A DNA stretch of 64,000 nucleotides from Peribolospora baueri. Taxonomy: Eukaryota. The DNA lies in the NCBI GenBank assembly GCA_029717555.1, contig JAMDHS010000008.1, forward strand, positions 1 through 64,000. Direction: 5' to 3'. Made by a program: the position numbers and the translations under genes. The notes beneath the pieces are model-generated. The model made no database searches. It saw nothing but the letters and a program-made list of their open reading frames with translations, and was not told the DNA's origin. Positions 11,894 to 25,189 of the stretch are shown here, piece by piece; position 1 is the first letter of the stretch, and every line of letters begins with the position of its first letter.

Positions 11894-13870
11894 CTTGGGC
11901 CACTTTGTGAACCGACCCGATGTGGCTGTACTGCGTTAAAAGAGAGAGAGAAAGAGAGAAACAGAAGGCGGGTGTCGGTGCTGCTACCGGTCCGGTGCGG
12001 TGGCGTGGGGTCGAGGGCAGAAGGGCAGAGTGTAGGGCTAGGTGCGAGAGAGAGAGAGGGAGAGAGAAAGAGAGAAAGAGATGACGGAGGAGCGCTTGGA
12101 AGTGGTTTGGCAAGATGAGAGGGATTGGGAGGACTGGGAGGAAATGTGAAAACGGAAATGGTGTACTTGAGTGTGACGGCCCTGAAGGCGGTACGGTCGG
12201 TGCCTGAGCGCCGTCGTGCCAAGGGCGCTCCCCGTGGTGCAACGGGTGCTCCGGGGCGGTGGGGGCACTGCAGCCCGTTCCGGAGAAGAGGAGGACGAGG
12301 TTTGCCAGTGACAATGCGAATGCCAATGGACTGCCAGTGCCAGTGCCAATGCAAGCGCCAGTGCAAGCTGTCCACAAACCCCTTCTCTGTCTGTGCGTCC
12401 GCCTGTGCATTCCGACCTGGAATGTGAACGTGTTCGACAACTGACTAACGCTCTCCGCCTTCGCTGCCCATTCTTTGGGTTCCCCCTCGTCCGCTCGCTC
12501 CGCGGCACGAGCCTGCAGGAAAAAAGGCGGAGGCCGCCGGATCCATCTGACCAGCACGGCCCTCCCTCCGCCCGCCCGGGGCGCACTATAAAAACTTCCT
12601 CGGCCCGTCGTCACCCGGGTCCGACCGCCGGGCGTCACTGGGGACCAGCGGCCCGCCCAGGTGCGACCTCCGCAGTTGGAGCGCGCCACTTGCCGGCGGA
12701 GGTTGCAGCGGTGGGAGAAGAGGCTAGTCTAGGATGGGGAGGGTAGCACACCACGGCGCACCAGCAAGGACTCGGCCAAGGATCGTGGATCAGCCTTGCG
12801 CGAGCGAGGTCGGGCCGGGCGATAGCGATGATCTGATGACCGGATCTGATGGAAGCAGTGACCATATCGAGTAAGGTCGCCCCGAACAGAGCGCTGCCCA
12901 AGCGTAGGCAGCGTGTGGAGTCGGCGTCGGTGGAATACGCCACAGTGGGACAATGGGGTGCGCTCAGATGACACGATATGACATGGCCGCCCAGTCGTCC
13001 GGCCCACAACAATTCGAGCGCTCCTCGCTCCTCGCTCGCGGCCCATGGCTCAGGAGAAGGAAGACTATGCGCCAAGGGCCGACGCCGGCTCGACACAGCG
13101 ACCAAAGGCGGTGTCTAAGGTGGTGGAGCGCACGGCGACTGAAATGTGGATCCCGAACCTGCACTACGATTGTTATCCTGCGCGACAATCGAGCAGTGGT
13201 GTCCGATTATCACTGATATCTTGTGCTTCCACGCAGCCGCACCACCTGCCTCCTGCGCCTCCGACTCCGCCTCCGCCTCCCCCGTGCTCTAGTCTGTCGT
13301 CGACATCATCCACAGTGGGGGGCTTAGTGGCGTCTTTCTATGTGGCCGGGCGGGTCCGTGAGACAGAACCAGGCTGACGGAAGTAAGCGCAACGCTAAGC
13401 TAGTGGGACGCGGTCGCCGCTCTACTCGATCCCGCTTGCCGCCGGCACCCGTCCGTAGTTCACAGAGAGAGAGACACTTGGACGAGGAAGGAGAATGAGC
13501 GAGCGAGCAAGTGAGTGAGTGAGATATGTGCGTTTGCGTGTGTGTGTACGTGAGAGAGAGAGAGAGGTTCATCTTTTCATGTACACACTTAGCTCGGTCG
13601 TCCGCTTTGCCGTCGGCAGAGCATTGCCATCTTGCACTTGGCACTCCCTGCCGATTCCATCTCAAGACTTCACGATTTCTCGCCGTTAAAAAAGCCAGCC
13701 GGCCAGAAGTGCCTTCTCTCCTCCTCGTCGCACCACCCCACGTTCTTTCCTTCTTTCAGGTTCACCCCTTGTTGCTGTCTCTGCGACGCCTACGCTCGTT
13801 GTACCAACCTCTTCCTTCTCCATCCCGCCCCCCGCTCCTTCCCTTAGCCCACACACCAGCTTCGTTCACC

Positions 13871-15963
13871 ATGTCACGGCTTCCATTTGAGACGGACTAT
13901 GAGCAGCAAGGGTCGCCGGGCTTCGACGAGAGGTCCGCAGAGAAGCAGTCCTCCCATCAGTCCCTCGGCTCCCCCGCCATGACGTATGGTGCCCAGACGC
14001 CCATTGATTTTGCCGCCGCGAGCGAGTTGGGCGACGACATCGCCGAGGAAGTCCTTGGAGACTCCCAGGCCATGGAAGTCTCCCCCGAGGACAACAAGCG
14101 CGTCTTGCGAAAGCTCGACATGATCCTCATGCGTGAGTCTCGCCGTTCTACCCCTTCCACCGCCCGTCCACAGCATGCCCAAGCATTCTTTCGTGTCTTA
14201 TTGTCTTTCTTCTCCTTGCTCCAGCGATGTTCACCGCCGTATACATGATCCAGTATCTCGACAAGGTCACCTACAGCTTGGCCTCCATTTGGGGTCTCGA
14301 GCAGGACCTTCACCTCAACCCGCGCCAATATGCGTGGGGCGCCAGCATCTTCTCCTGTGAGTCGCCGCTTTCCACGCCGTGTTTCCACAATGCGCTCGTC
14401 CGACTTGGCACTCATCCGCCGCCACCGCCTTTCCCTGCCTCGCACGTCTAGTCGGCTTCCTCGCCGCCCAGTTCGTCGTCGGCAAACTCACACAGGCTCT
14501 ACCGATGGCCAAGTTTGCCGGCGTCATGATCGTCGTTTGGAGCGGAATTCTGTGCGTATGACCCGTCCGTGCGCGCCCCAGAGGAACAGAGCTTGCGGTC
14601 CGTTCGCTGACACTTTGATGACGTACGCGTATGGCCAACTTTGGGGCCTCGGTAGCATGACGCTACCCGCTGCGCACGACGCCACGGGCATGCTCATCAA
14701 CCGCTTCTTCCTCGGCGTCGGCGAGGCCTTCATGGCGCCCGTTTGCGTCCTCATGACGGGCATGTGGTACACTAGGGACGAGCAGCCTTTGCGCACTGCC
14801 TACTGGTTCATCGGAAGCGCCATTGGCGAGTTGCTTGGGTGAGCGCTCTCTTCTCCGCGCTCAGCACCTCTACCGTCCGTCCGTCCGTCCGTCCCTCCGT
14901 CCATCTGTCTGATTACAGTTCCTGCAATTCTCCGCAGCGGTCTCATCGGCTACGGCATCGGACACCTCAAAAACCCTCCTGTCGCCACCTGGAGGATCGT
15001 CTTCTTTGTGAGTCATTCGACCCGACCGCCGTGTTTTCCCAGGACGAACTTGGGCACGTCGGCTGACCGACCAACCCCTTTTGCCGTAATCTGCTCGACC
15101 CTCAGACGTTTGGAGGCTTCTCTGTGATTTTGGCCATCCTCTTCCTCATCTTAATCCCTGATTCCCCGGCCAACGCGTTCTGGTTGTCGGACAAGGAAAA
15201 GATCATCGCCCTCGAGCGCATCCGACCCAACATGACCGGTTTCAAGTCTGTGTGAGTAACGATCATGCTCGATGATACTCTTTTCTTTATCTTGCCGTGA
15301 TTTACCTCCTTTTTTTTATCGCTAGTAACTGGAAGTGGTCCCAAGTCCGCGAGGCCCTCATCGACCCGTATGTCATCTTCCTCACCCTTCTCATGCTGTC
15401 GACCACTTTCTTCCTCGCCGGCAACCAGAACTACGGTAGCCTTCTGGTCAAGGTGCGCCGACGGGACCCGATGGCCCAATTTCGTCCTTTTTTCCCCGAC
15501 TCGTTCTCGCACACTGATAGCCGTCGTTATTTTCCTCCCCCAAACCGAACCACGCAGTCCTTTGGCTTCACCTCGTTGCAAACGACCTTGATTCAAGCCG
15601 TCCCGGGTGCCTTGTGGATGGCTTTCACGTACGTCCTGACGGGATACCTTTCCTCCAAATTCAAGAACGTCCGATTGTGGTGCATCCTCGGCGTACAGGT
15701 CCCTTCCTTGGTCGGCACCATCATGCTGATCACCCTTCCGGTCAACGACAAGATCCCGGAAGCTGTCGGGTGAGTGGGCAAGAAGACCTTTTTTTGTCTT
15801 CCTTGTGGGCGCGCTTCGCAGTTGGCAGCTACAGGCAGCATGGGACTCACACGGTCGGTCGAATTTCCGTTCCGTCTCGCCTCGCCGAATTGTAGCTTCA
15901 CCTTGATGCGCGCCATGCCTTCCACATTGCCACTCATCTGTAGCCTGATGAACGCCAACGTCG
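13871..15963 (+). CDS. MFS allantoate/ureidosuccinate permease (Dal5-like); 3' part missing in this sequence
   Basis: Motifs NKRVLRKLD, QYLDK, RFFLGVGEA, MWYTRDEQPLR, PDSPANAFWLS, WKWSQVREALIDP and FGFTSLQTTL. It ends at NANV|GTGAGT, whose intron runs into a poly-A tract. The last TM exons were not found. Confidence 0.88.
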
Positions 15964-15978
15964 GTGAGTCGTCAAAGC

Positions 15979-15979
<1 letters not shown>

Positions 15980-16016
<37 letters not shown>
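15980..16016. repeat. 37-nt A homopolymer
   Basis: Seen directly. Confidence 0.97.
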
Positions 16017-16018
<2 letters not shown>

Positions 16019-16093
16019 GAGAGAGACACCGCAGGGTCAGGCGGATCCGGAGCGACAAGGAAGAGGTATGGAGGCCCGATCAGGACCACTCAC

Positions 16094-16438
16094 CTCTCTC
16101 TGAACATGGCTCTCAAATCGTCCAACGCCTTCGTGGAGCCCTTGTTCCGCGCGGTAATCACTTCGTACCCAGGGTCTCCATATCCCTGCAAACGTGAAAC
16201 GATCCTGCAACTCTGTGAGTGGATAAAGGCAGGTGGCGCCGGACTCGGAACGACTACGCAGTCGGGTCCAGCCAATTCATTGATGGGACGGGCGACGCAC
16301 CCAAAAGTTGTTGCAAAAGGCCAGCTCATCCAGATCCGCGGCAATGTCGGGCATGCTCGCCTTGCTACCATGACCATGGCTGCTCTCCGAGGCCACCGAT
16401 CCCCTCGAGCGGGAGCGACGGCGTTGGGAAGACGGCAT
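16094..16438 (-). CDS. N-terminal two exons of an F-BAR (FCH) protein, Cdc15/Imp2/Hof1-like; remainder missing
   Basis: Spliced MPSSQRRR...DLDELAFCNNFW|GYGDPGYEVITARNKGSTKALDDLRAMFRER matches the FCH start (F..FWG...G...L...M......EL..F.KER). The next intron (GTGAGT) runs into the poly-T tract. Confidence 0.82.
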
Positions 16439-16465
16439 TGTTCGGCGCAAGGGGACAGCGGATGT

Positions 16466-16506
<41 letters not shown>
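16466..16506. repeat. 41-nt G homopolymer
   Basis: Seen directly. It lies 28 nt upstream of the F-BAR ATG. Confidence 0.97.
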
Positions 16507-16507
<1 letters not shown>

Positions 16508-17163
16508 GGTGGTGTACTCTGCTCCAGCGCCCTCCTCTTTTGCGGTGTGTTTGTTCCGTCCTGAGGCTGAGGGCGGTCGGGCGGAGTAAAAGTAAGTCGG
16601 GGTTAAGAAGGGAAAAGATGGGAAACAGCGACAACCTTAACAGTGCGAGAGACGGCGGAACGTGCGAGCAGAGCGGATCGAGCAGCGGGGCGACGCTCGA
16701 ATTTTGTATTGATGACGGTGGCCGGCGACACGACCGCATGCACAGCACGCCGACATCACGTGATTGGCAATATTACGCCGAGCTGTACTTGTATAAACGC
16801 ATACGTTATGCTTAGGTACGCAAACTTGGCGGTCCATTAGATAAAAAACCAAATTAATGTGCGCTGCGCGCGTGCTAATTTTTAAAAAAAATATAATATT
16901 AATAAAATAAAGAAGGAACCCTTTTTTATTTACAGCGCCCCCACGTGGCTACCGATCGGAGAGGCTCGAGCGTCGTATTACGGTTGCCTGGCTGCTGAAC
17001 GCCGCTTGCTGTGTCCCTATCGTCGTCGTCCTCGGATCGGTGCCAGAGTCAGAATGAGCAGAGGTGAGCAAATCCTTCGCGCTTGCCGTGGTTGTCCTAC
17101 TTCTGACTCAATAGGCACCCATGCTCTCTCGCAGTCGATCCGCTGTCGGAATCGCGGTTCGAA

Positions 17164-18867
17164 GTGTTGGAGGCCAAAGTTCTGTCTTCTCCTTCCCCTT
17201 CTTGCCGTGATCCTGCTGCTTCTTCCGCGGCACTAGATGGGGCAAGTCGATTAGAGCAAAAGGAGGAAGGGAGAGGAGCGAAGGCCAGGGAGGAACTAGA
17301 GGAGGAACAGAGGCGAAATAGAGAGGCGGAAGTGGAGGAGCTGAGGAGGAGGTTGGGAAGAATGTATCTCCGTGAGGGTCGGAAGGGGGGAGCAGAAGAT
17401 GGGGATGAAGACAGAGACTGGAGAGACGCGGAGAACGAGATGGATCAAGACGAACAGGGAGATGAGGTTGGAAGTGAAGAAGAGGAAGAGCGCGAGCTGC
17501 GTCGGCTGGCCAGCGCAGAGGACGATGGGGAGAAGGCGAGTGTGGAAAACGAACACTTCACCGACGACGAGCTGCGGGTAAGTCCAGACCTTTTAACGAG
17601 CTGGGCTCGCTCCGCCGCTTTTTTTTGTTGCTGACAGCGAGTCTCAATCTTGTCTCTCACTATCTGCGGGCGTCTCGTCAGCTCCTCCTATCCGAAGCGA
17701 CTCGCCTCAAGACGGTCGCAAACTCCCACTTCACCGCCTCTCCTCCTGGTCTCAATGAAGCTATCGATACTTACAAGGATGCGCTAGCATGCATTCCTCC
17801 AGGGCCAGTATTTGAGGACAAAGCTCGTAGGAACGAATCGGAGACCGACATGGACACATTCAACGTGAAGGGTAGTGAGGAGACACGAGCTCGGGAAGGG
17901 GAAGAACGGAAAGCATCACAGCAGCAAAAGGCGGAGGAAACTGACGCAAAAGGCAAGTCCCAAGGCCAAAAGGCGTTCTCCCCTCTCGATGAAGAATGTG
18001 CGGCCATCCGGGCGATCATCAACGCCAACTTAGGCGCTTGCTACCTGAAGAAGGTAGGTTTTGCTACACGGTAAGAGTGTGGTCAGCATCGGCTCACATT
18101 TGACATCCACGGCGCATTTGGATGCGTCTTTGTCAAAATACCATTGGTTCGTCTGAAGGAGGACTGGAAGAGCGCGGTAAAAGCTTGTTCCGCAGGTAAG
18201 GCAGCAAATTTCCTTATCTTTGCCAACCTATTGAGCTCTGCTAGTTGAGGATGCGCTTCTAAGAGTAACACGACGCTTTCAATTTCCCCTTTCGAATTTG
18301 GACAAATACGCAGCCTTGGACAACGACCCCAACTATGTTAAAGCTCTCCACAGGCGAGCTGTCGCCAATGAGAACATCGGAAGTTGGTCTTCGCTCGCTG
18401 CTGCCGAAGAAGGTGAGCTCAGTGGAATTTATCGTTTAGGCTGGCAAGTTCGCCAGCCCGACCCGTTCGCTTACTTATTAAACGTGTACCACAGATGTTA
18501 AAAAGCTGTCAGATCTCCCCGACTTGCCCGCCTCGCTCAAGCCGACAGTTGGCGCAGCCCTGAAGCGCCTACCTCCGCTGGTGGCGGAGGCCGCAGAGAG
18601 AGAAAAGAGCGAGATGTTGGGGAAACTGAAAGGCTTCGGTAACAGTATCTTAGGTGAGCGTTCTGCCCTTGTCACTCAGTCCCTTCTGATCCCATTTTTT
18701 GATTAGAAGGAGCTAAAGGTTGAACGTCCGGCCGATACTCATGTGTCGCTCTCGCTGGGCTGCCCATTGTTCGTTCCTCGTTGTCAGGTCGTTTTGGCCT
18801 CTCGACCGACAACTTCCAGTTCACTCAACAACCGGGAGGCGGCTACTCGATGAATTTCGTACGCTGA
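17164..18867 (+). CDS. TTC1-like tetratricopeptide repeat protein (start codon uncertain)
   Basis: Acidic N-terminus; TPR segments NLGACYLK and DPNYVKALHRRAVANE; C-terminus MLGKLKGFGNSILG|RFGLSTDNFQFTQQPGGGYSMNF typical of TTC1. Confidence 0.85.
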
Positions 18868-19960
18868 CTCCACCCCTGCACTTGACCCAGACGTTCCCAA
18901 CAACGTTCTGTAATTCCGACGGGACCCCTGAAGTGGCTCTTTCATGACCAAAGGAACAAGCACGAAGAAGGGGCCCGGCGAGATGAATTGTATTCTCTCA
19001 ATTGCGCTCTTCCTTTTCATCATCTGTGAATGAGCCCGATTCATCGTCAGAAAGAGTGTGAGGTCCATGTCGGCTTGCCAGACAGAAATATGCAAACAAT
19101 CAGGACCTTAAACTTGTATACACTTGCAACAGTTCCTACCCAAGCAAAGGCTAAGAGAGATTTGGGGAGCGATCGGTTTGGCGAAGCGCATAACGACGCA
19201 AAACTGCGATCTCATCGATCTTATCTGGCAGACGAGACAAGTCGCTTATCGGCCACAATCTCCATTTCCCTCGTCGCTCTGGCGGCGTGGCGGTGTACTC
19301 CTTTATTACCATCAGATTGCTCGCTGCCCTCATTCCGACATTCATTTATGTCTCTATAGCGTATACGGGAGGTGCCGTGTCCTATCAACAAAACTCAGCG
19401 CCGGAAGGTAAATCCATTTTCTTTACCACACAGGTTGGTCAAGGAACCGGAGACGGCACTCTTTCTTGCTCGTGCGAAATTCTGTTGTGCGCAGGAGCCA
19501 TCGAGGGTGACTAATTGCGCAAGGGTCGAACGAAAGGAAAGCGGGAGCCGACGTATCTTGGAACCGGGCTTCGCCGGTTTCTTCCTTCTGCGTGTCTGCC
19601 TATTTACCTTGATTGACGGAGACGCGGAGGCCAGTGTAGCTACAGATGCGCAGACGGATACTGCAAGTGACATGACTATCCGAAGGAAATACCAGAAGCG
19701 GAGCTGTCATGGAACATGTGAAAAAAGATACCTCAAAGATCTGTACAAGCCACCTTGTCCCAGCGTTCTAACCCCGTCCCAGGCTTCGCGGGCCTCACTC
19801 CCACCCAAGTCCGCCCCCTTCAATTGCCGGACTTGGCTTGTCGTCATATCAGAGGCGAAGTAAGGAAAACAGCACGATGCTGACGCCCACAAATCAGGCC
19901 AAACAACATGGTCTTCCATCCTTCTCTGAAGCGCTCGTCCGGCAACCCGTCTCATGCAAA

Positions 19961-21523
19961 TCAAGCTTGCTGCTCGTTCGCTGAGCTTTTAGCATTCGAT
20001 GCTTCTCCGCCGCCCACGCCGCCGTTGGGACCTGGCCCAGATCCTTCTTCGACTTCAACGCTGGCCTTTTGTCCGTTGGAAGCCACTGAAGGAGCGGCGT
20101 CGCTCGCGGATGGAGACCGCGGGATAGATGTGGAAGACGGCGCATCGGCGAGCTGCCAAGCGGGGATCGTCGGTCTCCCACTGAGCATGCCCGTGAGGGG
20201 GCTTGACGAGCTCGCCCCTCCAGCGCTGGGACTGGGCGTGCGTTCCCCGCTCGTGCCTGGATGCAGTGAATGAGGAGTGAGGTTCGAGTTGGGGACGGGG
20301 ATGGAGGAGGAGGTGGCACCGCCGCCTCCGGTGGTGCGGGAGAGGAGAAGAGCTTTGAGGGAGCGGAGTTCGCCTTGGAGGTCGGAGAGGGATTGAGATT
20401 GAGCAGTTCGCGTCTTGTCGATCATCTGTGAGCGTGATGGAATCCAGAAGAGGAGAAAAAAGCGTGACGGATAGACTCTGCGTGAGAAGATGGGCAAGGA
20501 GAAAAGTCCGGAGGCTCTATGCTCTATCGCTCGCCGTCTCGTCTCCTAATCTGGCATTCACACTCACCTGAGGCAAAGACTCCTTTATTCTGTCCACCTC
20601 CCGAGAGATCCTCTTCATCTCATCTTCCCTCTGAAGCTCCCCTTCCTTCACTTCCTTGAGCGCGTTTTCAACCTGTTGGACCGCGAGCTCCACTTTTTCT
20701 TTCTGCTCTTCGACTCCAGCCTTGACCAGAGTGGTATCTTCCTGAAGGGCGGAGAGGAGCGCAGCCGCTTCGTCGTATTTGGCGGTCAGCTCGTCGAGCG
20801 TGGTACGAAGCACGGGTTCAGTGGGCGGACTGAGGTGAGGGACGACGTATTTCTGTTTGAGGCGGAAACAAGAAAGAAAGAAAGAACGAAAGAGGGTGAG
20901 AAATAAGAAAAAGATAGGCGTGTGAGCGTGCGCGTGTGTGTCAATTCCGCGGCAGTCTGCCACTCAACGGGAAGAAGGGAGCGATGGGACTATAGACGCA
21001 CCCTTACAAGACTGATCAAGGCATACCCTACTCCGCCGCTGACGACTGCCATGATGAAGTAGTCCCTCCAGTCTCTCGGCGGGACAGGTGGTGCTGGCGG
21101 AGGAGGAGCATACATGATCACTGGCTGCTGCTGGGCCGGCGGACCGTAAGGGTAGCCTTGTGAGACGTACGACGTCCTCGTCGTCGGCTGCTGTTCTCCG
21201 CCAGTCGCCTGCACTACGGACGTCCCTGTCTTCGCGCCGCCTTCATTCGCTTGTCTCATCGCCTCGTCGATCTCCTCGCGTGAAAGGCCTTTGCTCTCGA
21301 GGAAGGCGATGCGGCGTTCCGGAGGCGAAGACTGGACCTTGGGGTCGCGCAAGAAGGAGATGGCCGAGGTGATCATGTCCGGTCGGAGCTGTTTAGGCTG
21401 TACAACAGCCACTGGCACGGGCGCAACCTCATTAGCGTTTGATGACGGGTGTGTCGCAGCTGAAGAGGATGCGGAAGGGTTGGAAACGGATGAACTCGAG
21501 CCAGAAGAGGAGTCATCGGCCAT
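19961..21523 (-). CDS. PEX14: Peroxisomal membrane docking protein Pex14 (3 exons)
   Basis: RPDMITSAISFLRDPKVQSSPPERRIAFLESKGLSREEIDEA (Pex14_N), RDWRDYFIMAVVSGG, a coiled coil, ELRSLKALLLSR and IPAWQL. Confidence 0.95.
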
Positions 21524-23015
21524 GGTGGACGGAGGCTGGAGGAGTGACTTGGCCGTCAGGCGATCGCGTCCGCCGTTCTACAGAGATCCGATTCGTCCAG
21601 GCGGAGAACGCTATAGAGATGGCAAGGAAGGCGAAGGATGAGACGAGGTGGGGTGATGCGGGATGGGGGAGAGATAGAATGCGATGTGATGCGGACCGAG
21701 GCCCGTGAAAGCGGAGACGGCGCGCACGTGCCCCAGTCACGTGAGCCGGTTGTTACGCTTTCCGGCCTTCCCTTCGTCGTCGTCGCACCCCCGGACGCTT
21801 TGAGACGAGAGACGAGAAGAGAGGACGTAAAAAAATGCCGCGAGGGCAGGACTGGTGGGCGATAGGAGGGAGTTATCTATTCGATAGAGTATTGCTAACG
21901 CGATGGCAAAAACTGGCTTCACAGGCCATCCGGTTTGTTAACCTTTCGCGCTCGGCTTTGGCTGACCCCCGCCCGTCCTTTTGGCGCCCACACATACATG
22001 CCCCTTACGTTTGACTTTACAAGGCCAGCAGCTGATCATCGCGGACCAACTTTAAATTGACACCGTGAATGCACCAGACGCCCCCGGATTGGCTTTTATG
22101 CTACGGTCTTCCTGGTTCCGCTCGCCAGAAGCACCGTCGTCATCCCCTCAGAACCTTATACTGCAGCAGTTTGCATATCGCGTTTCCTTCTCGCCGGTTT
22201 CGATATCAAAAAATGCCGCAGTCTCACGTCTGTAGTCTTGTTTTGGCTCAGTATTCTCTCCTCTCCGCTTTCGCTTCCATCTATCAAGTTGGCTGGGCAT
22301 TCAACTGATGCGTGGTGACATTCTCAATTGTCTTGCCCTAATCCGACCCTGCTGATTTTCACATTGTCACGTCGCCAAAAGGTGCGACGTTTTGCTGGAT
22401 CATTATACCTTACCTCCTATTCCCCAGTTTTGTCCCGAGACGGAGACCTAACCCTCTCGTCCTGGTTTTTTCTGGTTGAAAAAAGCAAGCAGAAAGACGG
22501 TCGATGTCTAAGTGAGACACAGCCGACGAGTGCAGATCCTGTCAGGGGAGTCAGTCCAAGAGATGGCGATCAGCTGTCGATGAGCTCCGTCCATCGTTGC
22601 GCGGACGCACGTTCGCAAACGTCCTACACAGGCTCGCCGCTCGACACTGCATTCTAGGCACGGGGTTGGAGATTGCACTGATGACGGACAGAGATGGAAA
22701 GGAAGATCGGAGGGTGGTCATACGAGCATCCATCCAGCTCACGACGCCATGTAAGGTGTGCGACGAGCTCGGGACAAAGGAAAGCGCCTACGACTCGGCT
22801 CGACAGCGTCTGACCTTTTGAGGACGAGGGATGGGAGACGAGTCCTGGACAGAGATGGAAAAATAGAAGGAAAAAAAAAAAAAGGGAGGGGGGGAGAGAC
22901 GGAAAAGCGGCGGCAGAGGGATGGTTGCGTTGAAGGAAGGCGTGCCCTACAGAGACGCAGAGGACAGGTAAAGTGGCTGCGGGGTGAGAGTAGCAAGGTG
23001 CGACGCCAAACCACT

Positions 23016-25189
23016 TCACCCTTGGGAGAACTTGACGTTGGCCATGGCATCCGATAGACTAGGCAAAGGGGATAGGGTAACAAGCCGCCGACCCGTCAGA
23101 CCAAAAAGCCATCAAGCGCGACACGACGTCCGATCCGAGAAAAACTCACTAGTGAGCCTGGATCGTGCGCCCTCCGAACCAGCGGCCGTTCAGGCCCTGG
23201 AGCGCTTTGGTGGCGCTGGGCACATCGTGAAACTTGACATAGATCTCTCCGTCAGACTCCTTCTCGACAAAGATGGCGGCCACCTTTCCATACTTGGACT
23301 CGACCTCCTCCTTGACGTCGTCGGCCAGTTCGATATCCCAGTCTCGTGCCGTCTCTTCTGCGGGGTTGAACATGTTTTTGAGCAAGAGTGAGCTCGACGG
23401 CATGCTCTGCGGGATGTTCGGTCGGACGGGAGTGTCAGGCTTCGGAGGAAGACTAGAAGTGGCGGACTCTTGCGTGTCCGTGCGTGCCAACTTCTGCATC
23501 AGGGCGGCTCGAGTCATGGGGTTCAGGCCGCCTCCGCCTCCCTCATCCATAGCACTTAGCTGTGTCGCGCCAGCTCCGCTATTCAGGTTGTTCGTTGAGC
23601 CTCCGCCGCCTCCGCTACCCCTCTCGTTGACATTGCCAACTTTGATCTGAAAGAGAGAGGTGTCAGGGCGGTGCCGCTCATGAAACTTTTGTATACGGCG
23701 CAAAACCAACTTACAGCCCTGCCAGCGAGCTCGAAGCCGTTCATATGCTCCAAGGCCTTCTTTGCATCCTCGGGGTGTTTGAACTGGACAAAGGCAAACC
23801 CTTTGCTCTTGCCGCCAGGCTCGCGATGGAGATCGACGTACTCTACTTCCCCGAAGGGTTCAAAGACCTGTTTGACCTCGACGTCGGTGAGGCTGAAATG
23901 AAGGCTGCCCACGTAGAGTCTGGCGGCCGTGTTCTGATGCTGGCGACCGCCACCGGCGGATCCGGGGAGGAGGGCGTTGAGGTGGATGGGCGCTCCGGTG
24001 TTGAGGCCGGGGAGCATGGGCACGCCGGGGATGGCCATCGGCGATCCAAAGCCGGGGAGATTGGGGCGGGGTATGGAGGCGGTTCCAGGAATGACCTGGC
24101 CATCGGGTCCGACTTGGGGGCCCTCTCCCTTGTTGGTATCGGTCAACTGGACGAGAATGGGGAGACCGAAGAGGAGCTGTCCGGAGAGGGCGAGGGCCTG
24201 AGGGACGAGGGAAGTGGAACGGAGCTCGACATAACCGACACCCTTGCTGCGCCTCGTGACCCTATCGGTGACGATGCGCACGTCCCTCACGGTACCCTCG
24301 CCGAGGCGTTCCTCGAAAAACATGCCGAGGTCACGTTGACCGAGGCGAGCGGAGAGCTGAGAGCAAAAGACTGAACGAGCTTCGTATCCTTCTTCTTCGG
24401 GGACGGGACCACTCACGGACCGAGGCCTGGGGGCATGGGCATGCATACACGGTGCAAGCGGGTGAGCACACCGATCTGGGAAGAAGCGGAGCGAGCGGGA
24501 AAAGGATGCGGAGAGGAAGGCGAAACTGACCTCGGGCTGGTGCTGTGCCGGCTACGGCGACTGGAAGGATAATCGTCTTCCCTGTCATAGGTATAGCCGG
24601 CGGGGTAGTAATCGGTTCGACGATCCCTGTTGTCACGGTAATAATCGTCGTACCGATCCCTGTCCCTCATCCGATACCTGGTCTCCCGGTCGCGCTCGCG
24701 GTCATCAGGGTAGCTGGCACGATAATAGTAGCGGCGCTCGCGGTCCTCGTCGTCCTCGTACCTCGGGTACGTGTCGTCGCGCCGCCTCTTGCGCTCGCGC
24801 TGACGGTCGCGGTCGGGGCCGTGTTCGGGGTCCCTGGTGCGCCCGCTGGATCTGCTGGCGCGACTCTTGTGGGTATCCCTGCTGTGAGAGCGACTGCGAG
24901 GGACGGCGGAGGAAGCGCGAGATCTGGAGCGTCCAGTGGAGGGCGAGCGGGAGTGGCGAGCGTGTCGGTGACCGTCGGACCCCTTACGAGACGCCAGGGC
25001 GCGCCTGGAGAGACGGGAAGGCCAAGGCGGGGAGGAGAGAGACAGGAGGGGAAAGGTGGGATCAGCGGCGTACGCCACAACTCCCACCCATGCAAATAGA
25101 CCGCTCCACGAGGCAGGCGGCCGGGGCGACTCACTTTCTAAGCTTCTCTTGGAGCTCGCGCTCCCTCTGAGCAGCGTCGTCGGAGCCAT
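23016..25189 (-). CDS. RBM39/CAPER (Rsd1-like) splicing factor: RS/RD-rich N-terminus, two RRMs and a C-terminal UHM
   Basis: RSVFCSQLS...RSKGVGYVEL; RLYVGSLHFSLT...SKGFAFVQF; RAALMQKLAR; LLLKNMFNPAEE...LNGRWFGGR. The last exon YLSDAMANVKFSQG* is inferred. Confidence 0.92.

Noticed and set aside
11529..12689. 386-aa minus-strand ORF and overlapping ORFs
   Set aside because: They run through GA/CT and TGCCAG microsatellites in the leader of the GAF-like gene and show no protein-like features.
15774..16815. ORFs with poly-Lys, poly-Gly and poly-Pro
   Set aside because: They are translations of the A37 and G41 homopolymers in intron or upstream sequence.
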